Shown: positions 57,901 through 64,000 of the stretch, in pieces | Layout of the letters: each line of letters starts with the position of its first letter | How positions within the stretch are numbered: position 1 is the first letter of the stretch | Origin: an uncultured Haloferula sp. | Lineage (GTDB): Bacteria; Verrucomicrobiota; Verrucomicrobiia; Verrucomicrobiales; Akkermansiaceae | Length of the DNA stretch: 64,000 nt | Direction: 5' to 3' | Assembly: GCA_965652295.1 (NCBI GenBank) | Contig: CBFGTS010000001.1 | Span: 512,001 to 576,000, forward strand | The notes under the pieces: model-generated | What the model saw: the letters and a program-made list of their open reading frames with translations, nothing else | Databases searched by the model: none | What the model was told of the DNA's origin: nothing | Position numbers and translations under genes: made by a program

Positions 57901-59322
57901 ATGAACGTTCCCGCAACCCATCGTCTCGCGCCCTTCCTTGCCGCGTGTTTCCTCTCCATCGTCGGGGCCCGCGCCGCGGAAAAGCCGAACATCCTGGTGA
58001 TCATCGCCGACGATTGCACCTTCAGCGATCTTCCGATCCACGGCGGGGAGAACGCGAAGACGCCGAACATCGACGCCCTTGCCAAGCAATCGCTGGTCTT
58101 CGACCGCGCGTACGTCGGCATGGCGATGTGCTCGCCCTCGCGGTCCGAGCTCTACACCGGGCGGCTGCCGCTGCGGAACGGCTGCGCATGGAATCACGGC
58201 ATCTCGCGACCCGGCACGCGCAGCATGCCGCATCACCTCCGCGGGCTCGGTTATCGAGTGGGCCTTGCGGGGAAGACCCACATCGGCCCGCGGAAAGTCT
58301 ACCCTTTCGAGAAGGTCCCGGGCTTTGATGACAACTGTGTGCGCAATCCCACAGATCCGCACGACCTTGCCGGGGTCCGCGACTTCATCACGCGGGAGGG
58401 CGATCAGCCATTCTGCCTCGTCGTCGCCCTCGTGGAGCCTCATGCCCCGTGGGTCATGGGCGACCGCTCCGCCTACCCGCCGCGTCGGCTGAAGTTGCCG
58501 CCCTATCTCGCCGACACCCCGCGTACCCGGCAGGATTTCGCCGCCTATCTCGCGGAGATCACCTTCATGGATTTGCAGGTGGGAGAGCTGCTCGCGCTGC
58601 TGGATGAAACCGGAGCCGCGGACGAGACCCTGGTGCTTTTCACCAGTGAACAAGGCGCCCAGTTTCCCGGCAACAAATGGACCAACTGGGACAGCGGCCT
58701 GCACACATCGATGGTCGTTCGCTGGCCCGGCGTGACCCGTGCCGGAACCCGCACCGCCGCGCTCGTCCAGTATGCCGATGTGCTACCGACCTTCATCGAG
58801 GTCGGCGGTGGCGTGCCCGATCCGGACCAGTTCGATGGCTCCAGCTTTGCCGACGTCTTGTGGGAGAAATCCGATCGCCACCGCGATTTCGCCTACGGCA
58901 TGCATAATAACTACCCGGAAGGCCCGCCGTATCCGATCCGCTCGGTCACCGACGGCGAGTGGCGCTACATCCGCAACCTCACGCCGGAGCGGATCTACAT
59001 CGAGAAGCACCTCCTCGGCCGCACCGAGCACAATGGCTACTGGCCGACCTGGCTATTCCACGCTGCCGAAAACCCGCGGACGCTTCGTCTCGTCGAACGC
59101 TTTCTCCGCCGCCCCGCCGAGCATTTGTATCATACGGGCGAGGACCGCTTTGAAATGAACAACCTGGCCGGAGATCCCGATCATGCTGAAATGAAGGCGC
59201 GTTTGGCCGAAGCACTCGACCGCCACCTCGCCGATCAGCTTGATCCCGGCCCGCCGCTGGACACACCGGAAGCCCACCGCGCCGCCGCCGATCTCAAGCC
59301 CGCCTTTCCGGGGAAACGCTGA
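57901..59322 (+). CDS. Sulfatase (formylglycine-dependent, sulfamidase-like), secreted
   Basis: PNILVIIADD, TPNID, CSPSRSELYTG (CxPxR), GKTH. Confidence 0.93.
   Translation: MNVPATHRLAPFLAACFLSIVGARAAEKPNILVIIADDCTFSDLPIHGGENAKTPNIDALAKQSLVFDRAYVGMAMCSPSRSELYTGRLPLRNGCAWNHGISRPGTRSMPHHLRGLGYRVGLAGKTHIGPRKVYPFEKVPGFDDNCVRNPTDPHDLAGVRDFITREGDQPFCLVVALVEPHAPWVMGDRSAYPPRRLKLPPYLADTPRTRQDFAAYLAEITFMDLQVGELLALLDETGAADETLVLFTSEQGAQFPGNKWTNWDSGLHTSMVVRWPGVTRAGTRTAALVQYADVLPTFIEVGGGVPDPDQFDGSSFADVLWEKSDRHRDFAYGMHNNYPEGPPYPIRSVTDGEWRYIRNLTPERIYIEKHLLGRTEHNGYWPTWLFHAAENPRTLRLVERFLRRPAEHLYHTGEDRFEMNNLAGDPDHAEMKARLAEALDRHLADQLDPGPPLDTPEAHRAAADLKPAFPGKR
59246..59322 (+). repeat. Direct repeat copy 1 (3' end of the sulfatase including the stop codon)
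   Basis: 77 bp, 75/77 identical to 62754-62830. Confidence 0.95.
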
Positions 59323-59393
59323 AGACCGCGATTTGGACGGTGCGAGGGGGGCGCGCTTGCGTCCGATGGACGGGATTCTTCAGATCCTGCGCA

Positions 59394-61031
59394 TCAGCGG
59401 TGATCGAGTTGGCTTTTGGTGACCAACTGCCTTCTGAGCGAGGCGGCGGCGGCGATGTCGCCGGTCTCTTCGAGGATATTTGCGAGGATGCGGATCGTGT
59501 CGGGATCGGCTGGCATGAGGCGGAGCGCGTTCCAGAGAGACGCCGTGGCTTCGTCGAGGTGCCCGAGCTTGGCGAGACCGGATCCGAGCACGGTGTGCGC
59601 AAAAGGAATGTCGGGGCGAAGATCGATGGCTTGCCGGGCCTCCGCCACCGAAGTTTCCAAGTCGCCTTGAGCCGCTGAAGAAATCGAAAGCCCGAGCCGG
59701 ACCAAGGGATCGTCGGGGAGCTCGGTCGCCATCCGGCTGGAGAGTCGCGACAGCCGTTGCCAGTCCCGGATCCGGTAGAGAAGCAGGGCGAGATCGAGAG
59801 CGGTGGACGGATTGATTTCATCCAATCGGAGCACTTCGTCCAATAGAGGGATTCCCCTCCGGGAATCCTTTTCCAGAAAGCACGTCCACGCATCGAGCAC
59901 GCCGAGAGCCCCGGGTGGGTGGGAATAATGTTTCAGGATTTCCAGCACCTCGCGGGCGCGAGCAGGCCTTTTCAGTTCGAGTAAACAACGGGCGTGAGTG
60001 CGACCGTAGTCCGGGTGCTCCGGATAGCATTGGAATACGTGATCAAGATGCTTGGACGCTTCCTCAAGCAGGTTGGCATCCATCAGGCTGCAAGCGAGGT
60101 TCCAGTGTTCCTCAAGATGGTCGGGCCCTGGTCCGGGAGACGGGAGAAGGCGTGTCTGGCGGCGACGCCGGGACGTCTCGCGGCGAGTTGGCATTGCCAA
60201 CCAAGCATCGAGAAGCTTGCCCTCCATTTTCGGCGGCACTGCGACCCCGCGGCTGGCGAGAAGAGTGGGGGCGATATCGAGGATCGAGGCACCTCCCGGG
60301 CCGGCGGAAGGCAGGAGGCCGCAACCGGCGAGAATGGCTTCGGCCCGCGCGGCCCCGGGCTCCGGCCGCGAGAATGACTCGCTGCGCAGGGAAACCAACA
60401 GCATCCGATGAAGAGGACCTGCCAACTGGGTTAATCTTGCGACCATCATCGTGAGCAAGCCCGCACCACTCGACTCCGGAAGGTCGAAGCGTTCGCAGAG
60501 ATGGGCGGGAAATACGAATCTCACCGATGCGACGGTCCACTCGCCCCGCTCCATGGCTTCGGTGATATGGAGATGCGTGGTGAACGCTTCCGCCAGGATC
60601 GACCGGGCCCACTCCAGCAGCTCTTCGCCGGCGTGCTTTAACTGCGGGGGCGAGAGGATTTCGCGTAGGATCGAAGCATCGATGTCATCCGGCATGACCG
60701 CGACGTCTGGTGGATCGTAAGCGATTGGGAAAGGAGGAAGCAGCGTCGCCCAACCCGCGCTCGCCACGCTTTCCCCGGGTGACGATGCCAGCAGCTCAAG
60801 GCAGGATCCCTGAATGGCCCGAGACGAGTCTGGGACCAGCCGGCCGTGGTGGTGGGCGCGCAGGCTGGTCAGCAGGGAGTCTTCCAGTGCTTCCCCGAAG
60901 CGGGGGGGTGGCAGGCTCAGCGACAGAACGGTGGTTTGACCATAGCTTGCATTCATGGCGCTCACGAGCCGGGTGAAGCCGGCCGGATCCAGTCCTTCGA
61001 TCACTACCAGAATCACCGGGAAAGGCTTCAT
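59394..61031 (-). CDS. Degenerate alkaline phosphatase/phosphodiesterase-fold protein with C-terminal TPRs
   Basis: VILVVIEGLD start; SILDIAPTLL..RGVAVP..MEGKLL; TPR-like helices such as ARQAIDLRPDIPFAHTVLGSGLAKLGHLDEA. Confidence 0.7.
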   Translation of the reverse strand: MKPFPVILVVIEGLDPAGFTRLVSAMNASYGQTTVLSLSLPPPRFGEALEDSLLTSLRAHHHGRLVPDSSRAIQGSCLELLASSPGESVASAGWATLLPPFPIAYDPPDVAVMPDDIDASILREILSPPQLKHAGEELLEWARSILAEAFTTHLHITEAMERGEWTVASVRFVFPAHLCERFDLPESSGAGLLTMMVARLTQLAGPLHRMLLVSLRSESFSRPEPGAARAEAILAGCGLLPSAGPGGASILDIAPTLLASRGVAVPPKMEGKLLDAWLAMPTRRETSRRRRQTRLLPSPGPGPDHLEEHWNLACSLMDANLLEEASKHLDHVFQCYPEHPDYGRTHARCLLELKRPARAREVLEILKHYSHPPGALGVLDAWTCFLEKDSRRGIPLLDEVLRLDEINPSTALDLALLLYRIRDWQRLSRLSSRMATELPDDPLVRLGLSISSAAQGDLETSVAEARQAIDLRPDIPFAHTVLGSGLAKLGHLDEATASLWNALRLMPADPDTIRILANILEETGDIAAAASLRRQLVTKSQLDHR

Positions 61032-61888
61032 GCGGGAATGGGGCGGGGGGTTAACGAAAGACTCCAGACCCACGCGGCAGGCAACTCCTCGGCGTCGAGC
61101 CGGCGGGCGAGGCTAAGAGTCTCGCGGTGTTCGTCGGGACGGGCTTCGAACTCGCAGAACGCAACGCTCGGAGGCAACCGTCTCTCCAGTTCGTGAAGCA
61201 ACAACAGATTTCCCAGTCCTCTTCCCCCGGGAAAGTCTCTTGCCACCGCGCGTACATGAAAGCTGACGACGTCCCGCGAGGTCCGATGAAGGATCGCCAC
61301 GGCACCAACCGTGTCTCCATGAAGGATGACCAGAGACAAGTCCTCCTGGCAGCCACTGCGAAGCAGGCCGTCCTCAAGGGAGAACGAAGCCAGTAACGGG
61401 GCCACCAAGGCGGGATGAACTTCGCGGAGGGTTTTGAAATGAATCGGGAGGGAGGTTTTTCTCGATCCGATGAGACGGGATCGCCCGAGTCGTTGACGGA
61501 TGCTGCTGATCCGGATGCGGAAACGATGCTGGGCAGGTGAGGGGGAAAAACCGGCGGATCGCAATGCCCTCGCCGAAGGATGCTCGAAGGGAAAGGCTCG
61601 TTCCGTTCGAAGCCCCGTTTCTCCTTCCTGCCGGACCTGGGAGACGAAGGATAAGATCAATGAACGGGCGGAGTCCTCATCCAGGACCGGACTTAGGAAA
61701 ATGAGGAATCGAGCGGGCCCCATGCCCGGAGTCGGCCGCCAGGTTGCGGAGGCAACGCAGTGATCCACCGCGTGAGTCCGTGCGAAAGCTGCCCAGCAGT
61801 GGGACCCGCTGTCAGCGTCCCCCGTCAAGCTGCGACAGCGGAGCCGTTCCCAATCGGTGCTTGGGACTCCACAGCGCAGCGTTTCCAT
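61028..61888 (-). CDS. Hypothetical protein, possibly a tandem GNAT-like fold
   Basis: ALRSAGF; VGAVAIL...VRAVARDFPGGRGLGNLLL; stop overlaps the next ATG (ATGA). Confidence 0.6.
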   Translation of the reverse strand: METLRCGVPSTDWERLRCRSLTGDADSGSHCWAAFARTHAVDHCVASATWRPTPGMGPARFLIFLSPVLDEDSARSLILSFVSQVRQEGETGLRTERAFPFEHPSARALRSAGFSPSPAQHRFRIRISSIRQRLGRSRLIGSRKTSLPIHFKTLREVHPALVAPLLASFSLEDGLLRSGCQEDLSLVILHGDTVGAVAILHRTSRDVVSFHVRAVARDFPGGRGLGNLLLLHELERRLPPSVAFCEFEARPDEHRETLSLARRLDAEELPAAWVWSLSLTPRPIPA

Positions 61889-61895
61889 GACGGTG

Positions 61896-62669
61896 TCAGT
61901 GCCCGGCGTGGCGGCGTCGGCGCAGTGTGGCCAGCCCCCCGGCCCCGAGCGCGAGAAGCGCGGCGGAGGAAGGCTCGGGGACAAGCTCGGCCGGGGTGGT
62001 GATGGCGACCCCAGGAGTGGTCTCGTAGCCCCAACGGTGCACGGTCATGGAAGAGTTGTTGGCGTCGAAGGTGAGTTCGATCCAGCCGAAGTGGAAATTA
62101 CCATTGCCGGTATTGTTTCCGGCAACCCCGTCATCTTCTTCAAGACGGAAGCCATAGAAACCTTGAATCGTTCCGCCATTGTCCGCGGCGTCAACCTCCC
62201 AGTCCGTGTTCACCGTTGAATCGCCGGTATGAATGCCTCCAGAGGTGCCAAGATATGAGCTTCCGGACCCAATGGCATGGTTCACTCCGAGCCGATCCGG
62301 GGTCAGATTGTGAGAGGTGCCTTTGACTCCAAAGCCGAGCCGATCCCCCAGATCGATGGGCGTGTCAGGGTCAACGTGCGGGCCGCTCTCAATCGCAAGG
62401 GTGGTTCCCGATGCTCCTCCGTCGTAAGCATAGAGGACGAAATCATAGGGACCCAGAGCGTAAGAGTTGTCGCCTGGGTTGGTGTGGCTTACCAAGCCAT
62501 TATCGACATCGATGAAGTAGAACTGTTCTCCGGCGGTGAAATCAATGGTGACGTCCACGGGATCATGAATGATCACGGCTCCCGAGACAGGAGCAATGAC
62601 TGCTGCAGCGGCCAAACCGCCTGTTCTGATAGAATTCGTGGAACGATGGGTGGGTGCCGTGGATTTCAT
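61896..62669 (-). CDS. PEP-CTERM sorting domain protein
   Basis: FGWIELTFD...WGYETTPGVAI...VPEPSSAALLALGAGGLATLRRRR. Confidence 0.9.
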   Translation of the reverse strand: MKSTAPTHRSTNSIRTGGLAAAAVIAPVSGAVIIHDPVDVTIDFTAGEQFYFIDVDNGLVSHTNPGDNSYALGPYDFVLYAYDGGASGTTLAIESGPHVDPDTPIDLGDRLGFGVKGTSHNLTPDRLGVNHAIGSGSSYLGTSGGIHTGDSTVNTDWEVDAADNGGTIQGFYGFRLEEDDGVAGNNTGNGNFHFGWIELTFDANNSSMTVHRWGYETTPGVAITTPAELVPEPSSAALLALGAGGLATLRRRRHAGH

Positions 62670-62753
62670 CGGCGTTTTTCATAAATGTGCATAAGCTGTC
62701 TTATCCAGTGAAAACTACACTGAGAGAGTTTTTGGGGGCTGAAAGACTTGTCT

Positions 62754-62830
62754 CCGGCCCGCCGCTGGACACACCGGAAGCCCACCGCGCCGCCGCCGAT
62801 CTCAAGCCCGCCTTCCCCGGGAAACGCTGA
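62754..62830 (+). repeat. Direct repeat copy 2 (detached sulfatase 3' end)
   Basis: Differs from copy 1 only by TTT>TTC (Phe) and CCG>CCC (Pro). Confidence 0.95.
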
Positions 62831-62891
62831 GAGCCGCGGGTGGCGAAAACCTTCGCAAGCGGTTGACGGCGGCGCTAGCCTGCGGGCGGCT

Positions 62892-63458
62892 TTGGACGAA
62901 GAAGGCGATTTCACCAGGATTCTCAAAACGGCGGGTGCCAGGGGCGACCTTCCGTCGGAGGATCTGTTGCCACTGGTCTACGATGAGCTGCGCAGCGTGG
63001 CGGCGGCGAGGCTTCGGGGTGAGGCCGGCGGGCAGACGCTGCAGGCCACGGCGCTGGTGCACGAAGCCTGGCTGCGGGTGGCGGCAAAGGGCGGCCGGAG
63101 GTGGAACGACCGCGCCCACTTTTTCCGCGTCGCGGCGCTGGAGATGCGCCGCATTCTCGTCCAGAACGCCCGGCGGAAGGCATCGCTGAAACGTGGGTCC
63201 GAGTTCAAGCGGGTCGATTTCGAGGGCCTGGAACTCGCTGAAGCCGAGCCGGACGAGCGAATCCTGCTGATCGATGAGGCGCTGAAGCGGCTGGAAACGG
63301 AAGATCCCGACAGCGCGCGGATTGTGACATTGAAGTTTTTCGGAGGCCTGACGAATCAGGAGATCGCCGGTATGGACGGAGTCACGGAACGGACGATCGA
63401 ACGCAAGTGGGCCTTCGCCCGCACGCTGCTGTTCGAGGTGATCCGGGATGAAATCTGA
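62892..63458 (+). CDS. ECF sigma factor, TIGR02999-like (TTG start inferred)
   Basis: LLPLVYDELR, TLQATALVHEAWLR, RAHFF...MRRILV, LKFFGGL, ERTIERKW. Confidence 0.92.
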   Translation: MDEEGDFTRILKTAGARGDLPSEDLLPLVYDELRSVAAARLRGEAGGQTLQATALVHEAWLRVAAKGGRRWNDRAHFFRVAALEMRRILVQNARRKASLKRGSEFKRVDFEGLELAEAEPDERILLIDEALKRLETEDPDSARIVTLKFFGGLTNQEIAGMDGVTERTIERKWAFARTLLFEVIRDEI

Positions 63459-63464
63459 GACGTC

Positions 63465-64000
63465 ATGGATAGCCGGAAGTCCACCCCGCCGCTGCGAGTC
63501 CTCTTTGACTCGCTGAGCCAGTTGGAGAGCCGCGAGGAACGCGAGGCGTTCCTGGATTTCACGTGCCGCGATGACCCCGGCCTCCGAGACCGGCTGGAGC
63601 GCCTGCTCGCGCTGCGCCACGATGCGCGGGAGTTCTTCGAAATGCAACCGGCCCCGATGGCCAGCAGCGACGAGGCGGATGATCAGGACGGCGACACCCG
63701 CATCGGACGCTACCGGCTGCTGGGCCGGCTCGGCGAGGGCGGCTGCGGCGTGGTGTATCTGGCGGAACAGCAGGAGCCGGTGAAACGGCGCGTGGCGCTG
63801 AAGATCATCCGGCTCGGGATGGACACGGAGAACGTCATTGCCCGCTTCGAAATGGAGCGGCAGGCGCTGGCGATGATGGACCATCCGAATATCGCCAGGG
63901 TGCTCGATGTGGGGGCGACGACGAGCGGCCGGCCGTATTTCGTGATGCAGCTCGTGGACGGTGAGAAAATCACCGATTACTGCGATGCGAAGCGGCTCGG
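63465..64000 (+). CDS. Ser/Thr protein kinase (partial, runs off the window)
   Basis: RYRLLGRLGEGGCGVVY, VALKII, RFEMERQALAMMDHPNIARVLD, PYFVM; not in the ORF track because no stop lies in the window. Confidence 0.93.
   Translation, partial: MDSRKSTPPLRVLFDSLSQLESREEREAFLDFTCRDDPGLRDRLERLLALRHDAREFFEMQPAPMASSDEADDQDGDTRIGRYRLLGRLGEGGCGVVYLAEQQEPVKRRVALKIIRLGMDTENVIARFEMERQALAMMDHPNIARVLDVGATTSGRPYFVMQLVDGEKITDYCDAKRL

Larger units (their letters stand above)
59323..62753. mobile_element. 3.4-kb inserted cassette bounded by 77-bp direct repeats
   Basis: Target-gene 3' end duplicated on both sides; three co-oriented genes with AT-richer codon use; no integrase. Confidence 0.7.

Noticed and set aside
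62748..62891. N-terminal extension of the ECF sigma ORF
   Set aside because: It is an out-of-frame reading of the duplicated sulfatase end; family similarity begins near 62892
1..64000. CRISPR array, rRNA, transposase or integrase
   Set aside because: No regularly spaced repeat-spacer array, rRNA-like sequence or recombinase motifs were seen by eye

Overview
GC-rich bacterial chromosome segment. The gene content (three PEP-CTERM proteins, a DUF1501/DUF1549/DUF1553 cluster, an ECF sigma factor plus Ser/Thr kinase pair, a passenger-repeat protein) points to Verrucomicrobiota, Luteolibacter/Haloferula-like; this is an inference. Left to right: (1) a glycan-responsive locus with a passenger-repeat surface protein, a PEP-CTERM protein, a NarL-type regulator, a propeller/Y_Y_Y sensor kinase, GH78 and GH2; three of its promoters share a palindrome abutting a -35-like hexamer. 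(2) A hydroxyproline catabolic cluster interrupted by a PEP-CTERM gene and a collapsed monooxygenase remnant. (3) Housekeeping genes (FMN reductase, M42 peptidase, lgt, LysM lipoprotein) and tRNA-Ala/Leu/Tyr, with an AT-richer islet encoding an XRE repressor, an ImmA/IrrE-type metallopeptidase and an unannotated 53-aa basic peptide under a shared operator-like motif. (4) A PPTase divergent from a 3575-aa FkbH-ACP-KS-AT-ACP-ACP-aminotransferase-C-A-PCP-TE megasynthase, followed directly by polysaccharide export genes (beta-barrel, Wza-like, Wzc lacking the Walker A Lys, priming transferase, flippase). (5) A DUF1501 cluster and a sulfatase whose last 77 bp are duplicated around a 3.4-kb three-gene cassette, then an ECF sigma/kinase pair. 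Best candidates for undescribed systems: the PKS-NRPS/EPS coupling, the XRE-IrrE-peptide islet and the repeat-flanked PEP-CTERM cassette. All family assignments come from motif recognition by eye; no searches were run.
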